From: Phoronis australis
Taxonomy: Eukaryota; Animalia; Phoronida
Length of the DNA stretch: 64,000 nucleotides
Reading direction: 5' to 3'
Assembly: GCA_002633005.1 (NCBI GenBank)
Contig: NMRA01000033.1
Location: forward strand, 1,207,815-1,271,814
The translations under genes and the position numbers were made by a program. Positions 41,272 to 52,997 of this stretch are shown here, piece by piece. Within the stretch, counting starts at the first letter, position 1. Each line of letters opens with the position of its first letter. The notes below the pieces were generated by a model that saw nothing but the letters and a program-made list of their open reading frames with translations, searched no databases and had not been told where the DNA came from.

Positions 41272-43509
41272 ATAGACCTTTCTTAATATTACCTTATGAA
41301 TATTAAGAGAAAATCCAAAGCGAGGCTTATACTGATAAACTATTTCATGCAGCCTTCCCTGTGCTGGCTGATCGATCGTGACCTTACACTTGTTCCAAAC
41401 ATACATGTTACATTTAGCTTTGTGGAATCTTATTGTAAAAAGCCTTCATAGTCATCTGCAAGAATTATCTGTCCAAAGGTTACAAGTACTCCAGTGAAAG
41501 TTTCATAACTTCAGTAAGAAGTGAACACTTTTACAGGCTGCATAAACATTCTTCAGTTGTTGTTGAGTAACTTTACATACATGTAGTCTATCTCATTGGA
41601 TTTTTTGTTTCCCAAGAAGAATTCAAAGATAACAATGAGTGGTAAGAATACTGGCTTAATTATGGTTAAAACATTTAGTGGTATCAGTTTTATTTGTAAA
41701 GTCATTAGATTATTTCGTCAGTCATCGATTCAATTGTTTGGACATGGATTGAACATCATTTGGTGTTCACTTATTTACTCGTGTTTTAAACCAATCCACA
41801 GTGGTCTCTTGTTCTTTATTTCTGGATAGTTTAAAAACTGTAAACTAAGGCATCAATAATATTTAACACCTGAAGCACAAGGTGGGTCATTTTTTTCTTC
41901 AATTTCTATCTCGCTTGATTACCCTGGAAACAGACTTGGACATATTTGACAGTGATGCTGTCACTGGCCCTGACCAAAGTTATTCTAGTTGAAAACTAAC
42001 ATGGCCATCAAGAGGTGTGGTCACTGTTATGAGCCAAATGTACATTGTAATATGCTGATAAAAATAAATGACAGAGTAATATTACACTGGATAAGTCCTG
42101 TCATTTGTTGCAAAACCATAAGTATGGTATCATTCATTCACAACAGCGGAGGGCCTCTGAAGTTTGCTTAAAACATGCAACTGTCCACAATTGATTTACT
42201 GAGCCAGTATTGTTCAAGGAAATAAAATTGTATACACAAGTGATTAATTGTCCTTGATATGCCTAATGACTATCCTCATGTATTCTCAAACTGGCTATTT
42301 GTTACCTTTTACTCATTTCCTCTGAAATGGAGTGATTTTCAGTTTTGAACCCTTAGCACTGAGTATCTTATAATTTAAAAATATTTTATCAGCCATAACA
42401 CTGCCCTTGTTCTAGTAAGTCAGTTTATTATAGCTACATCTGGTATTGAGCCTGTCTACAGTGACGATCCAAATGTCATTGAGCCACACGAAGCTATATC
42501 CAACTAGGGTTTTAAAGGCTGTGAAGAACATTTTGAGTTAGTCACCATTCTCCAGTGAGTTTGGCTGTAGATTTGCCCAGGTTAGTATTTTCCTACTTTC
42601 TGTTGCTACTGAGCAATTGAAACGTTCTGACATTTTTTGCTCCAGCAATCCTTATATAAAGCTACAGAAAAGCGAAAAGACCATCAAGGGGACTATAATT
42701 AATACACCCAGGTCTGCCAACTCTGCTAATATACCCCCGTATAACTTCCAATACAGCAAATGGTTACATACTATTCATATATATACATTCGTGTACTAAG
42801 AGAATATCTACGTGGTTGACATGAAATTGAACTTTTCAGATTCAAAATGGTTTTTAGTTGTAAAAATTATGAAAGTCAGGTTACACCAGTGTTTGCATCA
42901 TTGCATGACTGCTTGTTTTACTGTGAAATGATTCATTCATGAACTTGAGAGGGTATGTGTGTGACCTGCAGTTTTCTGTAATATATACAAATTTAAATGT
43001 CTTCAGTCCAGCCTGACAACTCAATCAGCCTATGTGAATTAAGTCTCGGTTTTTGTGACTGAGCTTGTAGAACATTCAAAGTTTATCATTTTCTTTAAAT
43101 CCCAGAAATTATTTATTTAAAGTAAAGTTTTACTTTGGAGAAGTTCAAAGTGCTACTAGGAAATGATGTGCTTGAAAGTTACTAGCCATTCAAGCATCAC
43201 GGCCACTGGTGATACACTAAAGTTAACTAGAGCTGATATCAGATTGTGTCATAATTTACTTGCAAAGTTGGCCCATTGTATCTTCAAATCTTCACTAGCC
43301 ACTGTCTTATTAACTCTTAGTCAGTAAGATATTGATGAAATGACACTACTTTGTTTCTTTTCGGTTATTTGTGCAGCAAGAGACACAGCAGTGTGCAATT
43401 GTTTATGTAGAGATTCACTGTAAACAGACAGCTTCCTGTAGACTGGTCAGTACTAGCCTCCTTCTGGGATTGGAATGTGAGTCATGCATAAATTTTGAGA
43501 AAGGCCTAT
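41272..43509 (-). mobile_element. Decayed ISL2EU/Harbinger-like DNA transposon (THAP + DDE transposase)
   Basis: Ends ATAGACCTTTCTTAATATT (41272-41290) and AATTTTGAGAAAGGCCTAT (43491-43509) are inverted repeats (16/19) including an AT duplication. Minus-strand THAP remnant HCCVSCCTNN..VSFHQY..ELIRQWLVKI at about 43395-43260. Transposase remnants GLLEQKMSERFNCSVATESRKILTW, FKTLVG/IASCGSMTF..TGSIPD, SVMADK, IASLRIH and GSVNQLWTVAC..NFRGP at about 42700-42145. A possible convergent second ORF remnant is on + from about 41380. Confidence 0.85.
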
Positions 43510-43659
43510 AACAACATGCTCGAGATCAAACGTTTAGACATAACGATCCGTTAGGTTTCCTAAAATTGACAGTTTTGGTTTCTTCAGAGTATTTGGTCTT
43601 GTCTTTGATTAAAATCGTGATTGAACAGAGAAGCTGCTTTAGTTTTCACAAACTGTTGC

Positions 43660-43930
43660 GTTTAATTAAAAAGATAGGAAACTCGGTTTTGACGATTTCA
43701 ACCAATCCCCGTTCTGTCGCCTGCTAATGCATCATGGGTGTCAATCTCGAACGATAAAAGCTGGAGTCAACCAACAACTTATACTCCCTTTGTTACACCT
43801 TGGATTTTAAGGTTCTTGGCGGGTGTTCTTTTTCGGCAGTTGCCTCGCAATTTGCTAAAAGCGTAGGTCACGCTTGCCCGTTTTGCAGAATTTCAAAAGA
43901 GTTCTCAAATTTTCCTCCAAACTTTTGAAG
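43660..43930 (+). repeat. Dispersed repeat, pair with 56045-56305
   Basis: Colinear matches: GATTTCAACCAATCC, TAATGCATCAT, AGCTGGA, CAGTTGCC, AAAGCGTAGGTC, CAAAATTTTCC-like. Confidence 0.7.
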
Positions 43931-46226
43931 GTGGTCGAGGGATGTAAAGCATTATTTTGCTTCAGCGAATTGGATGGAAATATCGTTTTTGTTACATTGT
44001 ACCTGTATTCAGTTAGCCGCTGATATACAGCTAGATAAGCGCAGGATCCCGAATCATGCTAACCATTTGAGATGAATGTGTTAGGTAACCGATTCACTGT
44101 CCCGTTGTTCTATTTTAGCCCATTTCCGATTCGTTTTGCGGTTCATTCATTTGCCCCATATATAATAACTTAAATAAACATGAAAGCAAACATTCGGGGG
44201 CTCATGATGGTCGGTCAAGACGGCCCATCTCTCGACGTTTGTTCATCTCGCAGCAGGATTACGGCGCGAACTGGTAAGCTGGTGCGCATGATATTCTTTC
44301 AAATTAGTTAACCAGTTGTAAAATATCCGCCAACATTTTTTATACAACTACTTCCTAACTCCTGACGTTGTTACCTATATGACAAATTCCTAAATCAACA
44401 CATCTCGTTTCTATTGTTTTTTCTGAATCCTGTGACGTAAGTGAAGCTTAGACATGTGGACGTATACCTGACACATGGGCGTAAGTGCGTACATATGCGG
44501 TGCGCGCAGAATAATACACATTTCTTACGGTATGAGCACAGGCTTGAAGGACGTACTAAATCCCAAAGACGTGGGGTCAAGATCCAAAACGTTACACTAA
44601 TTATTCGTAAGAAGACAGATTGGATATCTGCAAAATTCCAAGCGCGTTTTAGTAGTTAGCGCGTACTGGTTTTACACGTTAACGCTTTCACAACTGACAC
44701 ACCATGCTCGTAACCAAGCGAACGAACACAAAATCGCCACCCCAAAACCACCACTTCCCTGCCTACGCACGAAGAAAGCCAATATTAGATACTGAAATGA
44801 AATTGCCTACCTATTCTGAGAATATGATCCAAAAGTGCCGTCAACCGACTATCTTTCATTTAAAATCTGACTTGTTTGGGGGTTACCTGAAATCGCAGCC
44901 AATTTCTCAGTCGCTGCCAAGCAATGCACACTTGCAACAGGGTCCGCCATCTGGAACAAGAGTGCAGCTACAGCCGAGGAAGTCGTATTTTTTCATTCTC
45001 AACATGTTCACAAATACAAGCAAACCAATTTCATGCAATTCTTACCTAAATTATCCGGCTAATCCTGGCCTACCCTTATTTTTTTATATTTTGGGAGTGC
45101 AATTTGGCCGCGGCCGCAGCCTAACTGTTCAGCATTACCTGTTCTCTGACGATCATGTCTACTGAATTGACAACATGCTGGTGAGAATGACATTGCCTTA
45201 AACACTGCTCACCAAATCCTCTCTGCGTGAAACCAATGTAGAATTCAGGACAGTCATTACATAATAATGATGAAATTATGGAAAATTATTACATCTGTGT
45301 GCGAAGAAAGACACAAACAGGCACAATATTTAGGAAACTTAGTTGAGTCCATATTTGTGACTGTTTCATGCAACTTGGCACTGAAATCCTTCAGTAAACA
45401 TTTGTTCATGGGTGTATAAAGCGAGCCTGTACATGTACGTTTGAAAGTGAAAATTCTGAAAAGTCTGAGGTAGACGTTTAGTAGAACAACTTTGGCATGG
45501 CATTATCAAATGAGTTAGAGAAAATGCTTGTCTAGTAGAAAAACATAGCTAATAAAATATACCTCACGATTCCAGTTTGTGCTCACGATGTCCTACACTC
45601 TACACTAAGTGCAGGGTTTATGTCACTAGGCAACTTGGATCGCGTTACGTCTTGTCCCACTTGCTATTAAAAACACCATGAATCGATAAATGTATAAGAC
45701 GTAAATCTAATGATAGTTTCCATGACACGTATATGGAGTCTGTTGGAACTTATGCGCGTTGCAATTAGCCCCGTTCTTCCCTACTTTACTTGTTTACAAT
45801 TTTGGGAACATCTTGTATATGTTGTCGGGTAATAAAGTCTAAGACCGAAGTATAGATGCCATTGTTTAAAGAATAAACATAACACTAAATGAAGCTCTCC
45901 ACACCTTGACCGAAAGAGGCACCTTCATACAAACTTGCTCGGAAATAAACTGCGAAAGCGCTGCAAACCAGTTATTGACTGAGCGACGAACCGTCTTAAC
46001 TTTTTGTCAAATAAATATAAACGTCTGACAAAACGTTGGTCTATTTTTAGGTTACTAAAGTAAACTTGATTAGTGCATGCGCTTGTTTTTGTAAAAAACA
46101 CTCACAATAATAATTCGATTAAGCGGAAAACTGCTTGTTGGTAATTCGTCTTGTGTTTGCCTTGTTGGTGGTATAAAATGATCACTGGTGTAGCTGGCAT
46201 TATTCTTGTGCTTGAAAACTTGGAGA

Positions 46227-49200
46227 ATGATGTCGTCTGCTGGTGGCTTCGCTGTAGTGCTAGCCGCGTTGATCTTTGTCTGTTATGACGTAAACAATGT
46301 GGAAGCCGGTCACCCGTGTAAGTGTTTAACTCACCTGCGTGTCGACAATTTTAAACATTTACTAATCCAGTATTTGTTGAAGACATGGCAGTGTTCACTA
46401 TTAATAACTTTCAATAACATTAAATTGTTTTCATCAAATTTTGTCGACACCATGGTGTGCTAAATATTATTTTAATCCACAATTTTTATAGAAATTTCAG
46501 TCTCCATAAGTGCAATGGCGTCAGAAATAATTACTTCTCGCCCTCAAGCAGTGGCATACTCTGAAGAACGGTCACCAATTTAAATCATAATGTATTCGAG
46601 AACGGAATAATAGAAATTTGAGTTCACAGCAAAGTACAACAGAAAATGTCAAATTTATTGTCAACTTCGATTTCTAGTCAAACGATTAAGCCCGGGAATT
46701 CTTCTGAAGCATATCAAACTTCACGTTTTCCTCAAGCTTACAAACCACTTCCAGTCAGAAACCAATAGAGTTAAATTTTTTGACTCTCAGTATCCCTGTG
46801 AAGAAAGCATTTTTTAAATTGGTAAAAGCGTGATTATACCGAGAACACGTTGCGACAGCTGCTGCGCGACCATTTTGCTCAACCGTTGATGCGCAGTGTG
46901 GGCACCCGGAATACTTCGGGTATCTTCGTAACTTTAATTTTAAACTTCACCTGCATAAGAGCAAGCTTCAGTCATGCAGTCAATCACTGTCCAGTTTGAA
47001 AGTCATATTATTTTCCATGTGATTGAAGAATGCACTTTCCCAGATAACGAACACGTCCGAGGGGAATCTTGAGGTTACGGAAATACCTGAGGTCTCCCAA
47101 ACGCCCATCGAGGTGTTTCATATCTGCGCATGTGCGATTTTCAGTCCTACGACCAATCATTGCCTCGCTGGTTACTTGCGGCATTACTGAAGTTGAAACA
47201 TGCACAAATATGGAACACCTCTATTCTTGAACTGTGGCAACAAATACTCATGCCGAAACGTGTGCACCTTGTATGAGCAGCTCTTTCGCCCAAAAGCGCG
47301 CGTACAACAGTTACGAATCTTACTTCAACAATTCAATTTTAAAATTAGGACGTAATAATTTTTTCAATCGTTCTCAATTTGTTAAATTAGAAAGTATGAA
47401 ATCTGAAACGATTCCAATTGCACAAGGTGTTCCTCAAGTTTCCATTTTAGGACATCTCTTACTCAACATTTATGTGAATGATCTCACGTTTTGTACTGAC
47501 TTGTTTAACTGTATTATATATGCAGTTGACAGCTCTGATCAATGGCAATAATAATGATATTACAATCCAGGACTCGAAATATGTATCTGATCAGCTATTC
47601 CTCAAATTAAACAAATCCAAATGTCTGATTTTTCATTCCCGTCGTAACTCTACATTTAATGTCAGTATCTCAATTAAAAATCCGATGGATCAAGGATTAA
47701 AACATTCAATTGGTTAGGAATAATTATTCAAGAAAATGTGTCATGTGTAAATCACATCGCTAGCTTAAATAGTTTAATTTGCTGGTGTCTTGAACACTGC
47801 ATTTCAGATTCAATGTTGAGACTACTGTGTAACATATTGCTTCATCTGAATTATGGAATATTGGTATGAAATAACGAACTTCAGCATTATTTGGTTTCAA
47901 AAGAAAGTTAATTAGAATTAGGAATGCTTGCAAATAATTATAATACTCACTCTGAGCCCTTGCCCAATAGAAGACTTATATACATGTATAAGGCAGCCGT
48001 TATCAAATCCTGTTCTAAATGTGTTAATAACATGCTACTGAACTATTTCGATACTTTCAGCATTACCGCTCATTCGCAAAGATTACACCTGACAAAGAAC
48101 TCTATTACAAACTTCTGTTCTAAGAATCATTTGGAAAAAATTCCGTATATTTTACCTAACCGTGCTGTGTCCTTGACAAGGTTTATACGCGTATCATTGA
48201 AATCGTTGCTTTGATGATTATGGTTAATTTAGTTAAGTCTTTCAACTGCGACAATATACTACATGTATTTGCTGTTTGAGTGAAAATTTCGTTCCGCATG
48301 TCTGTTTATTTGTTCGCCATATTTGCTGTGTATCTTTTATTTGTTTATCATTATCATTGTATAATTTATGGGTGGTCATGTGATCGGCGGAGACCATCGT
48401 CCTTCACAAGCCTGGGTCTTCCGTAATTCAATTTTTTTTCGTTGTTTTGTTTTTAACTGACATGATATCAAAGCACTACTGCTCCAACAATTCTCTCACA
48501 GGCGGAGACGCGGGGTACAGAACGTATGATGGAGGTAAAACTTGGTATTACTTCGGCACATGCCCAAGTGCAATAGGTACAGAAGTTGTCCATAAGGTGT
48601 TCAAGATCCTCAGGTAAAGTACCGTTATCAGAGACTTGTATTGGTAGCACCTCGACAGGGTTGAGTTCAGCAGATGCAACTAAGATTCTCGCGAAAAAGC
48701 TAGCGTGATCACGTGTTTTGAGTGACGTAATAATGGCGACATGTCGTGAAGTTTTGCGTGATCATACGTTTTCGCTAGGGTTTCTGATTTACGGACAGCA
48801 CGTGCTTACAGTTTATCCTACTTGCACCCTGAATGTAAATTTTGTAAAATACAAAACAACTGCAGGCGATCAAGTGCTCATGGTACCAGACGTACGCGGA
48901 CAGCTCAGGCGGGCCCCGTAGATTGATCTTGGAATCATTTTTATGCTTTATTGACTTATAGCTCAGACATACTATATATATCTGAGCTTATAGTGAATAT
49001 GTAAGTCCCGACCACTTTTGCTTATAATCTTTGACATGCACAGTTCAAGGATAAAAAGACCGGCAGTGACCTGTTAACTTTGTTTACTCCAAACAGTGGG
49101 GTTTGATGTACGTGTAACAAATTCGTGTAGTTTGCAACACCCTACAACGCGCCAAGTAAGTCATCAGACTGCTTGCTAAGTAACGAAGATCACCGTAATG

Positions 49201-49567
49201 TTCACAGGCTTGATTTTTGCAAGAGACTTGCGTGTCTTCAATTTCTAAAAATGAAGTTTGAAATGACCGGGAACGATCTTTTAGAATGTTATTATTATTG
49301 GTTGTGTGGTGTATTGGGTTTGGCTACGGTAAATCCTACTAACCATTGGATCTCTGGACAGTCTTCGTATGTTGTTTTGTAACGTGGCATAGTGGAGCGA
49401 TGTGCAAGGATCAACAGTGTGTAGTGGAGTGAACAATGACTGATCTCATCCAGGTGCACTACACTCTCCAAATAGTATATGTACAAGTTTTTCGACCTTT
49501 CGCATACGATACACATAAATGCGTTTACGCAGTCTCTCATTGGTTCGTTGCAATCCATATGACGTAG
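46227..49567 (+). pseudogene. Copy B: paralogous secreted-protein gene, LINE-interrupted and degraded
   Basis: TATAAAA at 46172-46178. E1 46227-46317 reads MMSSAGGFAVVLAALIFVCYDVNNVEA-GHP, ending T|GTAAGT. An E2 remnant follows acceptor 47043 (YGTPLFLNCGNKYSCRNVCTLY, about 47200-47305) and is cut by a LINE. Intact exon 48502-48613 (GGDAGYRTYDGGKTWYYFGTCPSAIGTEVVHKVFKIL) has the same 1-2 phases as copy A E3. A later remnant at 49376-49567 reads CKDQQCVVE*...VHY...HKCVYAVSH. Confidence 0.6.
47330..48425 (+). mobile_element. 5'-truncated LINE remnant (CR1/L2-like reverse transcriptase)
   Basis: NRSQFVK..GVPQVSILGHLLLNIYVNDL..IYAVD (decayed GVPQGS/YADD), LKLNKSKCLIF, LGIII, LNYGILV and NNYNTHSEPL, with many frameshifts. 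Confidence 0.88.
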
Positions 49568-49688
49568 CAGTGTACAAATTTGATTGATTAACTCCCAAAA
49601 GACGAGAACTTCGGACCTTTAAATAACAACGTTGTTTTCGTGTATATAATGGAAAGAAACGAGTTCGAGAACGTTGCATAAATATATA

Positions 49689-49850
49689 TTATTACATGGC
49701 GAAGTCGTTATCCCCCGTTATCTTGAGCCTGAGTGGATTTTGGAGAATTTTTTCATATATGGTAATTATGCGTCTTATTTTTCATACCGTATTAATGTCG
49801 GTGAAATGCCCTTTGCTGAACATGCGATTGTTGCGCATGCTCATTTAAGT
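49689..49850 (+). repeat. Internally deleted copy of the 29991-30779 element
   Basis: TTATTACATGGCGAAGTCGTTATCCCC is joined to a segment matching about 30500-30593 (TGAACATGCGATT..GCTCATTTAAGT). Confidence 0.7.
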
Positions 49851-52800
49851 CACAGGCGCTGGAATTTCCCGATGACTCATAACCATATATAAGAAACATT
49901 AAGGTTGGACACTAAAACTGTCCAAAATCCAAATAAAATCTGCGTGCACCTCCCTCAGTCTGGTATTATATAAACATTCGAAGCCTTATCTTTCCTTGAT
50001 CCCAATAATTGTCCTTGTGAGTGGTGAATTGGCGATGGAATTTCCAAAACAATCTCAAAACTCTGAATTCAAGAACCTAAAATTGTAAAAATGTCGGATT
50101 TCAGTTGTACAGCGCAATTGACTTTCAAAGAAAAAACGATTTCAAAACTTTTTCGACTATTTTTTAAACTGAGTGTAGGGTCAACTGAATGGGATATTCA
50201 CACTGCAATATTTAGAACATTCCTTAATTTTTGCACAAAATTATAAACATTGAACAAATTTGCTTTTTGTAGCATCTTTCATCAAAATGTATAAAAGTTA
50301 AAACTTCACCAAGTACAAAATAGGCGATTGAACATGCCCTTCATTCAGCAAAAATCTCCATGTTGTCGGTGCAGCCCGAAATGAGTCCAACGGGAGTAGT
50401 GAGCACTTTTATCACTTCAAAAGTAACATCTGCTTGGCTGAAATCCAATGAAAATTATTGACTCGCTCAGAATAGTAGGTATAGATATTTCTCACTAAAT
50501 TTCATCGTCAATTATTGGTGAAAATTATTTATACACGGTTTTAAACTCGTAACTTATGCCGCTGTTGTCCAAGACGGCCGACCAGATCCAAACAAATGAC
50601 CCAAATTTCGCCACCAAAATTGCAATAAATGTGCACTGCTTAACCCGATTTTGATAATTTTTATTAAGTGGGATTCATTATATTTCCGGTTATATTGAAG
50701 TATTTTTGCGAATCGAAAAAAATGGTTGGACAGCCCTACTCTTACTGTCCATTCAGTCCAGCTACATGTAGCGATCGACTAGGCTAAAATTCAATGGAAT
50801 GCAACGTCAGGTAACGAGCATCAAGCTATTCTGCACATCCACCTACAAACACTTACCGCAATGTTGCAAAAAATGTAATTCAAAAGAAAAGCAGTCTACT
50901 GGCTACTTCTAGCACTAATACTTTCCGACAGTGTCCGTCTCAAGGCCCACTAGCTTCTGAAAAGCGACGGCATGTACCTTTTCGAATAGTCTCTAAAAGT
51001 TCACTCATCCTGGTTTACAACAATACTCGGATCACAGGTTGTCCTTCTAGAAGCAGTCTATACAAAATATGGTCATTACATACTACCGAATACGGCGACA
51101 CTCCATTCGTGGACTTCGCAGTCTTCTCACTTCAGTGCGACGCAGTCTTGGATCAGTGGTAAACATGTGTAAAGATACAACAGCTCTTGGCGTATTGTCT
51201 CCAACTACAAAACGGTCAGGCACTCTTCTTCAAATATTTATTCCAGTTTAAATCTAAAAATCCGTCTGCAGTTGAAAAAGTACTCCGACCTTCTCTCACA
51301 CAGCAATGGACACTATGGACTCAGTCAGGCTGACTCTGTAATGATCGGATCACGGGTCAGTTCCCTACAAACTACAGTGAAATGTTCATGGCAACACACC
51401 ACCATGTGCATATGTGTCACATTTCAGAGAACTAATTGGCAAAAGATGCATAATAGATCGATTCTAACAAACAGATAGTCCCAGTACAAACCTATGGACA
51501 GACTCGTCAGTGATCGGGTCAGGTTCCTGACGTGACGTGTTTCCGAAGATAGCCGAAGTTGAAATTTTTCTGTTTTCAAAATTTTGTGGGGAAGTGGGAG
51601 CGTGTTTTAAACGAATAATAGAAGAATATGGCGCATGAAATAAAAATAGATGTGGTTTATAAGCAATCTTTATTAACAGTCATCACATGTGTACATGTAT
51701 ACATATTAACTACAACTAAATAGCTTTGAACGATTCACTTTAAGTTATGATGTTTCAAACATTTTTCAAGGTTCCTCCAGTTTGCGTGACGGCATCTGTT
51801 GAAGATCGTAGCGAAATTGATGGATGTTTTACTCCTAACAAGCTATAGGAAAACGTTAATTTATGAACTTATACCAATGTTTCGATTGCAACCACCTGTT
51901 ATGTATTGTAATTAGTCCACTCAAAACTATTCTGGCACAATAGAAGATGCTGAGTGACAAGGGTGCGTTCCGTAGGTGCAAGAATTTTTCGAGTAAAACT
52001 AGTGCGATTATGTGCTTCGCTTGCTTGAAATACATGGCAGTATTTTGCGTTTTGCGTTTAAGGAACGCAACACTGTCTAAAGCCCATAACAGTACGCCCC
52101 ACGTATTTTTTCAAGTTTTGCCAAATGAATTCAAGTTGTATGGTTTCGCCATGGGACGCTGCAGTGAGTTTAAATACTATGCCCGTTTAACACGAACACG
52201 TCCCAGCAAGGATGTCATGTGCATCTACTGCTCAGTGCTTTCCACTACCCCTCCCCTCCTACCCCCAGCCAAATACAACGCCCCCTTTGAAGTCCATTAA
52301 TTGGAAATTGAACCCTTAATTTTAGTTCTCAAATGAATGTTGCCGGAATACGGACTGAATGGAACTCACTTCAATGCTTCAATAAGAATTGTCGCGGCCC
52401 CTTGTTTATTTTGTCTGGGTTTGAAGTGTCTTCGGCTTGACCTCGTTAGTGCTGCGTGGGAATTGAAGCCAAATTCCTGGATCCGCCCTGGTTTGGGAAA
52501 TGAATTTGCGCCTTACTGGTATAGATACCGGCACTATTTTCATCAAAGTCATAAGATAAGCGTTTAGAATGTTTGCGCGTTTACTGTTATGCCGGTAGTT
52601 TTTTATGCTTTTCTTGTGAAAAGTTGCGTCAATTTTGTTGATTATAGGTTGTAATTGATCAAGATATAATGGTTATCTAGCGCTTCAGAATATAACGATG
52701 ATTCATTTAACTTTCTTAATTAATTTGATATTTTCTATTTCTCATTTAGATACAAGATAAAATACTGCGAATGTTCACGGGCAGGTACGTTCTTCCTCGG

Positions 52801-52915
52801 AAAAAAGAGAATCAGTTTAACATATACCAAATAACGCATATCGTAATAGTGTACATACTGGCAGTTACGGCCAACATAATTTAGCGGGCTCTGCTCTCCA
52901 TATTTCACTTTCATT

Positions 52916-52916
52916 A

Positions 52917-52953
<37 letters not shown>

Positions 52954-52997
52954 TATATATATGTATAATTATAATATAATTATAATTATAATATAAT
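52916..52997. repeat. (TA)n(CA)n(TATAAT)n microsatellite
   Basis: Directly visible. Confidence 0.9.

Noticed and set aside
47044-47072. Tiny mature peptides from the nearest acceptors (GHPYNEHVRGES*; HESYY* via 35381; 63523 for copy C)
   Set aside because: They are not conserved between copies, whereas longer downstream exons are, so these stops are better read as decay or chance acceptors.
48519-48548. Asp-box/BNR-like motif TYDGGKTW suggesting a sialidase or Vps10 propeller
   Set aside because: It occurs once and is not preserved in copy A (MRNGDTKW), which is insufficient for a family call.
48468-48650. Minus-strand ORF (LPEDLEHLMDNF), first read as a Gypsy pol fragment
   Set aside because: The + strand has proper splice sites and matches copy A exon 3 in motif and phase, so the minus ORF is its shadow.
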